Shown one piece after another: positions 35,184 to 44,109 of a stretch of DNA of 64,000 nucleotides. Under the pieces are notes generated by a model. It saw nothing but the letters and a program-made list of their open reading frames with translations, was not told where the DNA came from and did no database searches. The first letter of the stretch is position 1. Every line of letters starts with the position of its first letter. The DNA is from an uncultured Lachnospiraceae bacterium (GTDB lineage Bacteria; Bacillota; Clostridia; Lachnospirales; Lachnospiraceae), in assembly GCA_910587155.1 (NCBI GenBank), contig CAJULA010000008.1:32343-96342 (forward strand), written 5' to 3'. The position numbers were made by a program, and so were the translations under genes.

Positions 35184-35942
35184 ATGGTATATTTTGTAGG
35201 CGCAGGACCGGGGGCGGCGGATCTGATTACGCTGCGGGGGAAGGCTCTGCTGGAAAAAGCGGATATGGTTATCTATGCCGGATCACTGGTCAATCCGGCC
35301 CTTCTGGAATATACAAAGGATGGCTGCCATATTTACAACAGCGCGCGCATGACCCTTCCGGAGGTGCTGGATACTATAGAAGGGGGCAACGGCGCGGGGA
35401 TGGACATTGTCAGGCTGCATACGGGCGATCCCTGTCTGTATGGCGCCATACAAGAGCAGATGGACGCGCTGAAAGAAAGAGAGATTCCCTATGAGGTTTG
35501 TCCGGGGGTCAGCAGCTTCTGCGGGGCGGCAGCCGCCCTGAAAACAGAGTATACCCTGCCCGGACTGACTCAGTCAGTCATTATTGCGAGAGCGGAGGGC
35601 AGGACGGCTGTCCCGGACAGAGAACGGCTTTCTGCATTGGCCGGTCACGGCGCGGCGATGGTTCTTTTTCTGAGCATGGGACTGACAGAGCAGGTCAGAG
35701 AAGAATTGCTTGCAGGCGCTTACCGGGAAGACACCCCCTGTGCCATCGTATACAAAGCCACCTGGGCGGAGGAAAAGATTGTCAGAGGAACCCTGGGGCG
35801 TCTGCCTCAGATGGCCCGGGAAAACGGCATTGACAGGACGGCGCTGATCCTTGTGGGTGATTTCCTGGAAGGCGAGTATGCGCTCTCCCGTCTGTATGCG
35901 CCGGATTTTTCCACAGCATTTCGCAGGGGAACCGGGCGATGA
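35184..35942 (+). CDS. cbiF: Cobalt-precorrin-4 C11-methyltransferase CbiF (CobM)
   Basis: VYFVGAGPGAADLITLRG...ADMVIYAGSLV...HTGDPCLYGA. The ORF-track start at 35088 runs back into cbiD. Confidence 0.9.
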   Translation: MVYFVGAGPGAADLITLRGKALLEKADMVIYAGSLVNPALLEYTKDGCHIYNSARMTLPEVLDTIEGGNGAGMDIVRLHTGDPCLYGAIQEQMDALKEREIPYEVCPGVSSFCGAAAALKTEYTLPGLTQSVIIARAEGRTAVPDRERLSALAGHGAAMVLFLSMGLTEQVREELLAGAYREDTPCAIVYKATWAEEKIVRGTLGRLPQMARENGIDRTALILVGDFLEGEYALSRLYAPDFSTAFRRGTGR

Positions 35943-37006
35943 TACAGGTCGGTATTGTGGCGTTCTCAGAAAAGGGCGGCAGGCTGGCACTTCGTCTGGT
36001 GGCGGCGCTCCGGGAACGGGGTTTTGCGCCGCAGGGCTATCTTTCCGGGCGGCATCAGGCGGAGGGGCTGGAGGCTTTTACGAGCCTGTCCTCTCTGACA
36101 GCACGGCTTTTTACGGAAAAGGATCTGCTGCTTTTCATTGGCGCCTGCGGTATCGCAGTACGGGCCATTGCGCCTTATATCAAAAGTAAGATGAAAGATC
36201 CGGGGGTGGCAGTGGCGGATGAGTGTGGCAGATATGTGATTTCACTGCTGTCCGGACATGTGGGTGGCGCCAATGACTTTACGATGTTAACGGCCGGGCT
36301 GTTGGGGGCAGAGCCGGTGATCACCACCGCCACGGACAGAAACGGTATGTTCGCCGTTGACAGCTGGGCGGCGTCGCAGCATCTGCGGATTATGGAACCT
36401 GCGACGATCGTTGCCATCTCTTCCCGGCTGCTTGCCGGAAAAGCCGTGGGAGTATGCAGTGATATTCCCATAACAGGCCCTCTTCCCCGGGGGCTGGTCT
36501 GGCAGGATGGAGAAGCGGAAGAGACAGGGCTCCGTGCGGGAATCGTGATTTCTTATGATGCGGAAGGGGCGCACAGCCGTTTCCCCATCGCCTGCCCGCT
36601 GGTGCCCATGGATCTGGTGGTCGGTATGGGATGCAGAAAAGGGACAGAGGCAAAAGCTCTGCGGCTCTTTTTGTGCCGGGTACTGGAGGAGAACGGCCTG
36701 CAGCTTCGGCGGGTGGGGCGGCTCTGCTCCATTCGGGCCAAAGAGGGGGAAGCGGGGCTGGTGCAGCTGGCCAGGGCACTTGGCGTAGCATTTGACACCT
36801 GGACGGCCGGCGAACTGATGCAGGCAGAGGGAAGCTTTGTCTCTTCTGCGTTCGTACAGTCGCAGATGGGCGTGGATAATGTATGCGAACGGAGTGCCGC
36901 TCTGGGGAGCGGAGGCGGACGCAGGCTGGTGGCAAAGCAGCGGGAAAACGGAATGACACTGGCCGTTTATCAGAGAGAGATAAAGCCGGTGTTCCGGGCG
37001 CCATAG
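35939..37006 (+). CDS. cbiG: Cobalt-precorrin-5A hydrolase CbiG
   Basis: ATGA overlap with cbiF. CbiG N- and C-domain pattern present (GACGIAVRAIAP, SGHVGGAN, GMGCRKG). Confidence 0.85.
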   Translation: MIQVGIVAFSEKGGRLALRLVAALRERGFAPQGYLSGRHQAEGLEAFTSLSSLTARLFTEKDLLLFIGACGIAVRAIAPYIKSKMKDPGVAVADECGRYVISLLSGHVGGANDFTMLTAGLLGAEPVITTATDRNGMFAVDSWAASQHLRIMEPATIVAISSRLLAGKAVGVCSDIPITGPLPRGLVWQDGEAEETGLRAGIVISYDAEGAHSRFPIACPLVPMDLVVGMGCRKGTEAKALRLFLCRVLEENGLQLRRVGRLCSIRAKEGEAGLVQLARALGVAFDTWTAGELMQAEGSFVSSAFVQSQMGVDNVCERSAALGSGGGRRLVAKQRENGMTLAVYQREIKPVFRAP

Positions 37007-37029
37007 CGGACGGGATGAGAGGCAGGGAT

Positions 37030-38616
37030 ATGGGACTTTATATTGTGGGAATGGGGCCGGGAAAGCCGGAGGGTATGACGGCAGAAGCGCAGACGGTGCT
37101 GACTGACTGCGAAGTCATAGCCGGGTATACGGTCTATACACAGCTTCTGAAGGAGCGGTTTCCCGAAAAAGAATATATCAGCACACCCATGAGGCAGGAG
37201 ATCATCCGCTGCCGCCGTGCGTTAGAGGAGGCGGCCCGGGGGCGCAAGACGGCTCTTGTCTGTAGCGGCGACGCGGGTATCTACGGAATGGCGGGACTGG
37301 TGCTGGAGCTGGCGGAGGAAATGGAGCAGGCGCCGGATATCAGGATCATTCCCGGCGTGACTGCCGCCAGCAGTGCCGCGGCACTGCTCGGGGCACCGCT
37401 GGGGCATGATTTTGCCGTGATCAGTCTCAGCGATCTTCTGACAGATCAGGAGACGATCAAAAACCGTCTGCGGGCCGCCGCCATGGCAGACATGGCCGTC
37501 TGCCTGTATAATCCGTCCAGCAAAAAAAGAGCGGATTATCTGCGGATGGCCTGTGATATCATACTGACATACCGCAGCCCGCAGACCGTGTGCGGCTATG
37601 CCAGAAATATCGGACGGGATGGGGAAGAGACGAAAATACTTACGCTGGAAGAACTGCGCAGGGCGCAGACGGATATGTTTACAACTGTCTGTATCGGCAG
37701 TTCCCGGACCAGGGTAATCGGCGGACGGATGGTGACACCAAGGGGGTATGAGCGCAGGCCGGACGGTCCGCGGATGCGCGAAACGGACCGGGAAGCGGGA
37801 AAAGAGCCGCCTGCCTGTCTGCCTGGCACCGTTGTCCGGGCCGTAATCTTCGGCGGTACTACAGAGGGCAGGCTGCTGTATGAAAGATGCCATGAATTGG
37901 GAATTCCCGTTTCCGTTCATGTGGCGACGCAATATGGCCGCCAGGCTCTGTCAGGCGATGAGGAAAGTCTGAAATGGCAGGAGGAGAAGCCATGCTCCGC
38001 AATCCATACGGGCAGGCTGACCGCGCCGGAAATGGAAGAAGCCATAAAAAGTGCCGGCGCGGAACTGGTGTTTGACGCCACACATCCCTTTGCCAGGGAA
38101 GCCACGGCCAATATACGGAGTGCGTGCCGTGCCCTGGGGATTCCCTGTTACAGGATCAGCCGCAGGACCGCTCCAAAGGAAGACGTGCCGGAAGCGCTTT
38201 ATTTTGACAGCATCAGGGAGGCGGTATCTTTTCTTGCCGACCGTGAGGGCAATATCCTGGCGGCTACCGGCAGCCGGGATCTGAAAGAATATACGGCGCT
38301 GGAAGATTTCCGCAGGCGTCTGTATGTGCGGGTGCTTCCCCTGCCGGGGACACTGGAAGACTGTATCGGTCTGGGAATTTGCGGACGGCATCTGACTGCC
38401 ATGCAGGGACCTTTTTCCGAAGAGATGAATTATGGCTTCTTAAAGGAATTTGAAATCAGATGGCTGGTGACCAAGCAGTCCGGCAGTGTGGGCGGGTTTG
38501 AGGAAAAGCGCGGCGCTGCCAGGCGGGCGGGAACGCATCTGCTTGTTATCCGGAAAGAAGAAGAGACAGGCATCAGCCTGAAAGAAGCAATGGAGATGTT
38601 GGAGGAACTTACATGA
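37030..38616 (+). CDS. cbiH: Fusion of cobalt-precorrin-3B C17-methyltransferase (CbiH) and cobalt-precorrin-6A reductase (CbiJ)
   Basis: N-terminal half: LYIVGMGPGKPEGMT...VIAGYTVY...SGDAGIYGMAG. C-terminal half: VIFGGTTEGR...DATHPFA...QGPFS...LVTKQSG (CbiJ/CobK pattern). One uninterrupted ORF. Confidence 0.85.
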   Translation: MGLYIVGMGPGKPEGMTAEAQTVLTDCEVIAGYTVYTQLLKERFPEKEYISTPMRQEIIRCRRALEEAARGRKTALVCSGDAGIYGMAGLVLELAEEMEQAPDIRIIPGVTAASSAAALLGAPLGHDFAVISLSDLLTDQETIKNRLRAAAMADMAVCLYNPSSKKRADYLRMACDIILTYRSPQTVCGYARNIGRDGEETKILTLEELRRAQTDMFTTVCIGSSRTRVIGGRMVTPRGYERRPDGPRMRETDREAGKEPPACLPGTVVRAVIFGGTTEGRLLYERCHELGIPVSVHVATQYGRQALSGDEESLKWQEEKPCSAIHTGRLTAPEMEEAIKSAGAELVFDATHPFAREATANIRSACRALGIPCYRISRRTAPKEDVPEALYFDSIREAVSFLADREGNILAATGSRDLKEYTALEDFRRRLYVRVLPLPGTLEDCIGLGICGRHLTAMQGPFSEEMNYGFLKEFEIRWLVTKQSGSVGGFEEKRGAARRAGTHLLVIRKEEETGISLKEAMEMLEELT

Positions 38617-39836
38617 GTAAACAAATCAGTATCGTGGGAATCGGCATGGGGAATCCGAATCTGCTGACCAAGGAGGCGCGATGTGCCCTGCTGGAAGCGG
38701 ATCTGATCATCGGCGCCAAACGGATGAGGGGAACGCTGCCCAAAAACTGTAAGGGGCAGTATCGGGAGACATTTGAGGGAAAGGAGATCTTATCCATCAT
38801 TGATGAGTGCGAGGGAGAGCACATCGCGATCTGTATGTCGGGGGACAGCGGCTTTTTCAGCGGAACCAAGGGGATTTTATCCCTGCTGGAAAAAAAGTAT
38901 GAAGTCCATATCACGGCCGGTATTTCCAGTATTTCCTATCTGTCAGCCCGGAGCGGGATACCGTGGCAGGATGCCTGTATTGTCAGCCTGCACGGCAGGC
39001 AGGAAAACTGGATTCAGGCGGTGAAAAATCACGAAAAGACGTTTTTGCTTATGGGCGGGAGCCTGCGCAGTATTGTAGAAAAGCTGTGCCTGTGCGAAAT
39101 GGAGGATTGTACGCTGACCATCGGTATCCGCCTGTCCTATCCGGATGAGCGTATCGTCACAGCCACTGCCGGAGAACTTCTGGAAAAAGAAGAACGTCTG
39201 GCCGAACTGGATCATTCCCTGAGTGTGCTGTTTATTATCAATGAACGTGCCTGCACCGCACCGTCCTTCGGTCTGGCGGACGATGAATTTATCAGAGGAC
39301 AGGCGCCCATGACCAAAAGTGAAGTGCGGGCCGTAACCATCAGCAGGCTCCACCTGAAAGAGAGCGCCATTGTCTATGATATCGGCGCAGGCACGGGTTC
39401 TGTCTCCGTGGAAATGGCGGCACAGGCCTGGCGCGGCAATGTCTATGCCATCGAAAGCAGTTCCCGGGCGCTGGAACTGCTGAGAGCCAATAAGGAAAAA
39501 TTTATGGCCGAAAACCTGGAAATCGTGGAGGGCAGCGCGCCGGACGCTCTGGCGCCGCTTCCGGCGCCGGACGCTGTGTTTATCGGCGGGAGCAGGAGGG
39601 AAAAAGAGAACATCCTCAAGGCTGTGCTGGCCAAAAATGCCAGGGTACATATCGTGATGAATCTGATCTCGCTGGAATCGCTGGGTGAGATGCTGGAGCT
39701 GGTAAAGAAATATCATCTGGAAAACCTGGAGATCACCCAGGTCACGGCAGTGCGGGGGCGGGAGATCGCCGGGCAGCATCTGATGGACGGACAGAATCCG
39801 GTATTTATCGTATCCATGGACGGCAGCGGCTTCTGA
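38613..39836 (+). CDS. cbiET: Bifunctional cobalt-precorrin-7 (C5)-methyltransferase / cobalt-precorrin-6B (C15)-methyltransferase, decarboxylating (CbiE-CbiT)
   Basis: ATGA overlap with the upstream gene. The CbiE half contains ISIVGIGMGNP. The CbiT half contains MTKSEVRAVTISRL...DIGAGTGSVSVE. Confidence 0.85.
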   Translation: MSKQISIVGIGMGNPNLLTKEARCALLEADLIIGAKRMRGTLPKNCKGQYRETFEGKEILSIIDECEGEHIAICMSGDSGFFSGTKGILSLLEKKYEVHITAGISSISYLSARSGIPWQDACIVSLHGRQENWIQAVKNHEKTFLLMGGSLRSIVEKLCLCEMEDCTLTIGIRLSYPDERIVTATAGELLEKEERLAELDHSLSVLFIINERACTAPSFGLADDEFIRGQAPMTKSEVRAVTISRLHLKESAIVYDIGAGTGSVSVEMAAQAWRGNVYAIESSSRALELLRANKEKFMAENLEIVEGSAPDALAPLPAPDAVFIGGSRREKENILKAVLAKNARVHIVMNLISLESLGEMLELVKKYHLENLEITQVTAVRGREIAGQHLMDGQNPVFIVSMDGSGF

Positions 39837-39867
39837 CGGCTGACAACTGAGTACTGACTACTGACAA
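39833..39867 (+). repeat. Five tandem heptamers CTGA(C)NN between cbiET and cbiA-cobT
   Basis: CTGACGG CTGACAA CTGAGTA CTGACTA CTGACAA with an exact 7-nt period. The first TGA is the cbiET stop. Confidence 0.65.
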
Positions 39868-39884
39868 AAGGAGCGGCATATGAT

Positions 39885-42326
39885 ATGGGGACAGTGACCG
39901 GAAAACGGCTGATGATTGCGGGCACAGGCAGCGGCTGTGGGAAGACAACGGCGGTATGCGCTATCTTATACGGACTGAAAAAACAGGGGTTTGCCGTGGA
40001 AGCGTGGAAAAGCGGTCCCGACTATATTGATCCCATGTTTCACCGCAGAGTGCTGGGAAGCACGTCCGGAAATCTGGATCTGTACTTTTCGGGTGCGGAC
40101 GGTGTGCGGCGGCTGTTGGCGCAGCGGATCGACAAAGCGGATATCGGCATCGTGGAAGGGGCCATGGGATACTATGACGGCATCGGCATGACAGGCCGGG
40201 CAGGCTGCCATGAGCTGGCAGAAGCGGCCGGGCTTCCTGTCGTTCTCGTTGTCAGTCCGCAGGGAATGGGAAATTCCGTGGGGGCGCTGCTGCAGGGATT
40301 TTTGCAGTACAGGCAGCCCAGCCATATTGCGGGCGTTTTATTTAACCGCGTGTCGGCATCCAGGTATGAACAGCTTCGTCCGCTGGCGGAGAAGCTGGGG
40401 CTGCGGGCAGTGGGGTATCTTCCGGTGCAGGAAGCGTTTGCGCCGGGGAGCCGTCATCTGGGACTGATTACGGCGGATGAGATAGAAAATTTTCAGGGCC
40501 GGCTGGCGCAGTTTTATCAGATCATAAAGGATACCATAGACTGGCGGGCGCTGACTGATCTGGCAGACAGTGCGCCACCCGTTACGTATGCGGACGCCCC
40601 ATCGGCCCCGTCAGACGGTATGGAGTCTTTGCGTATCGGGGTTGCGCAGGATGAGGCGTTCTGTTTTGTCTATGAAGATAACCTGCGCTGGCTTCGGCGT
40701 AAGGGCTGCCAACTGGTCCCTTTTAGCCCGCTGCGGGATCAGAGACTGCCGGCGAATCTGGACGGCATGATATTGTGCGGCGGATACCCGGAGCTGTATG
40801 CCGGAAAGCTGTCGGCAAACAAAGAAATGCGAAAGGAGATCAGAGAGGCATTTTTCTCAGGTCTTCCCTGTATTGCGGAATGCGGGGGCTTTCTGTATCT
40901 GCAGAAAAGTCTGACAGACGGACAGGGGTGTGTGCATGAGATGGCAGGGGTATTCCCCGGACACGCCTTTGGCAGAGGGGGGCTGGAAAGATTTGGTTAT
41001 ATCAGCCTGTCTGCAAACGGCGGACGTGTGTTCGGAGAAGCAGAGATGCCACTACGGGCCCATGAATTTCATTATTATGACTGTGACAGGCCGGGCAGTG
41101 CCTTTTTGGCTCAAAAAGCTTCGGGCACCGGACAGTGGCTGACAGGAGAAGCCGGGGATCATTTTTATGCCGGGTTTCCGCATATTTATTTTGAAAGCAA
41201 TGAAACATTCGCGGAAGGCTTTCTTGCCAGAGCCCGGTATTATCGCGAACGGCACGGATATGTATCCGTGTCCCATGAGCCATATACGAAGCTGGGCCGG
41301 GAGGCGGATCAATCGGCCAGGGAGGCGGCGCAGACGCAGTGGGATGCGGTGGCAAAACCGCTGCGGGGGCTGGGTCGGCTGGAAGATATGATTGTCAGGA
41401 TTGCGGGCATTCAGGGAAATCACGATATTGCGATCAGCAAACGGGCCGTACTGGTATTTTGTGCTGACAACGGCATCACCGCGCAGGGCGTGACGCAGAC
41501 AGACAGCCATGTGACGGCATTGGTAGCCGGTAATATCGCGGAAGGCACGGCCAGTGTCAGCCGGATGTGTGCGCAGAGCGGCACGGATGTCTATGCCATT
41601 GACATAGGGATCAGAGACAGCGTATGCGCACCCTCCATGCTCTCACGCCGGATCGCGGCCGGGACACGGGATTTTTCACAGGAACCGGCCATGAGCCGCG
41701 AACAGGCTGTGCGGGCCATCGAGACGGGCATTGATCTTGTGAAGGAATACAGAGAACGGGGATATACCATACTGGCTACCGGGGAAATGGGCATCGGCAA
41801 TACGACCACAGCCAGTGCGATGGCGGCTGCGCTGCTTCCTCTGTCACCGGAGCAGGCGGCAGGCCGGGGAGCGGGGCTTTCTGACGAAGGGCTGGCGCGC
41901 AAGCGGGCGGTAATCGAAGATGCACTGCGCCGCTATCGCCTGCGGGAAAGGAATCCGCTGGAGGTGCTCTCTCATGTGGGCGGCTTTGATATCGCAGGTA
42001 TGACAGGTGCTTTTATCGGCGGCTGTATGTATGGTGTGCCGATCGTGATCGACGGTATGATCTCGGCGGTGGCTGCGCTGACAGCCTCTCTGCTCTGCGA
42101 GCGGGCCGTGGGCTGTATGCTGGCATCGCACAGGAGCCGGGAACCCGCGATGGCGGTTGTGATGGAGCGCCTGGGCCTTGTGCCGGTCATAGACGGTGAT
42201 CTGGCACTGGGGGAAGGCACCGGGGCGGCGCTTTTATTTCCCATGCTGGACATGGCCGAGCGTGTTTACAGAAATACGGAAACCTTTGAAAAAATGCAGA
42301 TAGAGAGCTATCGGAAATATGACTGA
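39885..42326 (+). CDS. cbiA: Fusion of cobyrinate a,c-diamide synthase (CbiA) and nicotinate-nucleotide--dimethylbenzimidazole phosphoribosyltransferase (CobT)
   Basis: N-terminus: LMIAGTGSGCGKTT plus a glutamine amidotransferase half (CGGYPE, AECGGFLYL). C-terminal 340 aa or so: KPLRGLGRLED...FCADNGI...GEMGIGNTTTASA (CobT). One 813-codon ORF; the start could be 39885, 39894 or 39912. Confidence 0.85.
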   Translation: MGTVTGKRLMIAGTGSGCGKTTAVCAILYGLKKQGFAVEAWKSGPDYIDPMFHRRVLGSTSGNLDLYFSGADGVRRLLAQRIDKADIGIVEGAMGYYDGIGMTGRAGCHELAEAAGLPVVLVVSPQGMGNSVGALLQGFLQYRQPSHIAGVLFNRVSASRYEQLRPLAEKLGLRAVGYLPVQEAFAPGSRHLGLITADEIENFQGRLAQFYQIIKDTIDWRALTDLADSAPPVTYADAPSAPSDGMESLRIGVAQDEAFCFVYEDNLRWLRRKGCQLVPFSPLRDQRLPANLDGMILCGGYPELYAGKLSANKEMRKEIREAFFSGLPCIAECGGFLYLQKSLTDGQGCVHEMAGVFPGHAFGRGGLERFGYISLSANGGRVFGEAEMPLRAHEFHYYDCDRPGSAFLAQKASGTGQWLTGEAGDHFYAGFPHIYFESNETFAEGFLARARYYRERHGYVSVSHEPYTKLGREADQSAREAAQTQWDAVAKPLRGLGRLEDMIVRIAGIQGNHDIAISKRAVLVFCADNGITAQGVTQTDSHVTALVAGNIAEGTASVSRMCAQSGTDVYAIDIGIRDSVCAPSMLSRRIAAGTRDFSQEPAMSREQAVRAIETGIDLVKEYRERGYTILATGEMGIGNTTTASAMAAALLPLSPEQAAGRGAGLSDEGLARKRAVIEDALRRYRLRERNPLEVLSHVGGFDIAGMTGAFIGGCMYGVPIVIDGMISAVAALTASLLCERAVGCMLASHRSREPAMAVVMERLGLVPVIDGDLALGEGTGAALLFPMLDMAERVYRNTETFEKMQIESYRKYD

Positions 42327-42365
42327 CAAAGTCACATTGTCACGGTTACGGAAGAAGGGGGCGGC

Positions 42366-42941
42366 ATGCTGTACCTGATCACGGGAGCCAGCGGAAGCGG
42401 CAAATCGGAATATGCGGAAAGACTGGCCTGTGATCTGGCCCGGGAAGATAAGGTGCGCTATAAGCTGTATGTGGCGACCATGGAATCCCAGAGCAGACAG
42501 GCGAAAGAGCGGATTGCACGGCATAAAGCGCAGCGGGAGGGAAAAGGATTTGTGACCGTGGAATCTCTGTATGGACTTCCCTTTTCCGGTGCAGAAAAGG
42601 AATCTCCCTGGGGGAAGTATCCTCTCGCCGATTCCGTCATTTTGCTGGAATGCCTTTCTAATCTGCTGGCGAATCTGATGTTCTCCGGCGGGATGAACGG
42701 TGAGCAGGCGGCGGCACGGATTTTTTCACAAGCGCAGCGGGCCCGCCGTCTCTGCCGGCATCTCGTGATCGTCACGAACGAGATTTTTTCGGACGGCTTA
42801 CAATATGCCAGGGAGACACAAGACTATGTCAGGGCGCTGGGGATGACAAACCGTCTGCTGGCAGGAGAGGCGGACGGTTTTTGGGAAGTGGTGTATTCCG
42901 TTCCACTCTGCCTGAAAGGAGATAAACTATGGCAGTTCTGA
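42366..42941 (+). CDS. cobU: Adenosylcobinamide kinase / adenosylcobinamide-phosphate guanylyltransferase CobU
   Basis: P-loop ITGASGSGKSEYAE, a His-containing ERIARHKAQR segment, and LVIVTNEI. Confidence 0.85.
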   Translation: MLYLITGASGSGKSEYAERLACDLAREDKVRYKLYVATMESQSRQAKERIARHKAQREGKGFVTVESLYGLPFSGAEKESPWGKYPLADSVILLECLSNLLANLMFSGGMNGEQAAARIFSQAQRARRLCRHLVIVTNEIFSDGLQYARETQDYVRALGMTNRLLAGEADGFWEVVYSVPLCLKGDKLWQF

Positions 42942-43705
42942 AAAGTCTGTGTCTGGCTTTTTCCATGTATTCCAGGATTCCCATGCCGCGCGTGGACTGG
43001 GAAGAGAAAAATATGCGATATGTGCTCTGCTTTTTTCCCTGGGTGGGACTCGTGGTGGGAGGCGGGATGTACGGCCTGTGGCTGCTGCGGTCATGGCTGG
43101 GAGTATTTATTCCCTTTCCGGTTTTTGTCCTGACCGGAACCGTATTGCCCGTTCTGATTACCGGCGGGATTCATATGGATGGTTTTATGGATACGATGGA
43201 TGCCCTCTGTTCCAATCAGGGCAGAGAGAGAAAGCTGGAAATACTCAAAGACCCGCATACCGGCGCCTTTGCCTGCATTTTTCTTGTGTGTGAAATGACA
43301 CTTTACGGCGCGGCGCTGTATCTCCTTATGGAGGAACGACAGGTACTCTTTCTGGGAATCGGTTTTTTTCTGTCCAGGACACTGAGCGCTTTTGCACTGC
43401 TGACAGTAACAAATGCCCGCGGCTCTGGTATGGCCAGCACTTTTTCCCGGGGCGCACGCAAAAAGACTGTCCTGGCCGTGCTGATGTTATGGCTGTTTCT
43501 GGCAGCAGGGACGGCATATTTTCTGTATGGCATGTATGGCATCCTCTGCGTGGCGCTCAGTCTGCTCGTATTTTTTTATTATGAGTGGATGGCGTACAGA
43601 CGCTTCGGCGGCCTGACGGGTGATCTGGCGGGCTGGTTTGTCGTAGTATATGAGCTCGTGTTTGTGTGGATGAGCGGAATTATGGGGTATGTATGGAACT
43701 TATAA
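42929..43705 (+). CDS. cobS: Adenosylcobinamide-GDP ribazoletransferase (cobalamin synthase) CobS
   Basis: Polytopic membrane protein with GGIHMDGFMDTMDAL and FGGLTGD motifs. Confidence 0.9.
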   Translation: MAVLKSLCLAFSMYSRIPMPRVDWEEKNMRYVLCFFPWVGLVVGGGMYGLWLLRSWLGVFIPFPVFVLTGTVLPVLITGGIHMDGFMDTMDALCSNQGRERKLEILKDPHTGAFACIFLVCEMTLYGAALYLLMEERQVLFLGIGFFLSRTLSAFALLTVTNARGSGMASTFSRGARKKTVLAVLMLWLFLAAGTAYFLYGMYGILCVALSLLVFFYYEWMAYRRFGGLTGDLAGWFVVVYELVFVWMSGIMGYVWNL

Positions 43706-44109
43706 TCGGCGGCTGCTTTCAGGGAAAGCTGGATTATGCAAAACAGAGATGCAAAGAGGCAGGGATTTGTGTCCGGGAAGAGGAGATACTGGACGGCGGA
43801 AAAATGCCGGCAGAGGAATACAGGGAACGAACTGGCGCCCCGGTACGGATCCTCAACCATCTGCATCTTGTGGTAAGGCAATATGTGGAGACAGGAAAAG
43901 AGCAGGAAATCATTCCCCTGCTGGATCGGTTGCTTATGAAATATCCGGATATGCTGATTGTATGTGACGAGGTGGGACTGGGGCTGGTGCCTGTGGGAGA
44001 GACGCAGCAGGAATACCGGGAGGCAGTGGGGCGCACCCTTTGCCATCTGGCGCGGCAGGCCGTGCACATGGTGCGCATCACCGCCGGTATCCCGCTTGTG
44101 ATCAGGTGA
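43693..44109 (+). CDS. CobU-like paralog with degenerate P-loop
   Basis: MELIIGGCFQGKLDYA replaces GxxxxGKS. The C-terminal CobU-like motif is retained (LIVCDEVGLGLVPVGETQQEYREAVGR). Overlaps the cobS end by 13 nt. Confidence 0.65.
   Translation: MELIIGGCFQGKLDYAKQRCKEAGICVREEEILDGGKMPAEEYRERTGAPVRILNHLHLVVRQYVETGKEQEIIPLLDRLLMKYPDMLIVCDEVGLGLVPVGETQQEYREAVGRTLCHLARQAVHMVRITAGIPLVIR

Noticed and set aside
39880-39897. Five-codon mini-ORF (ATG ATA TGG GGA CAG TGA) better spaced from the AAAGGAG RBS than the cbiA-cobT start
   Set aside because: It is too short to evaluate and is probably incidental. It is noted only because it may affect start-site choice for the fusion gene.
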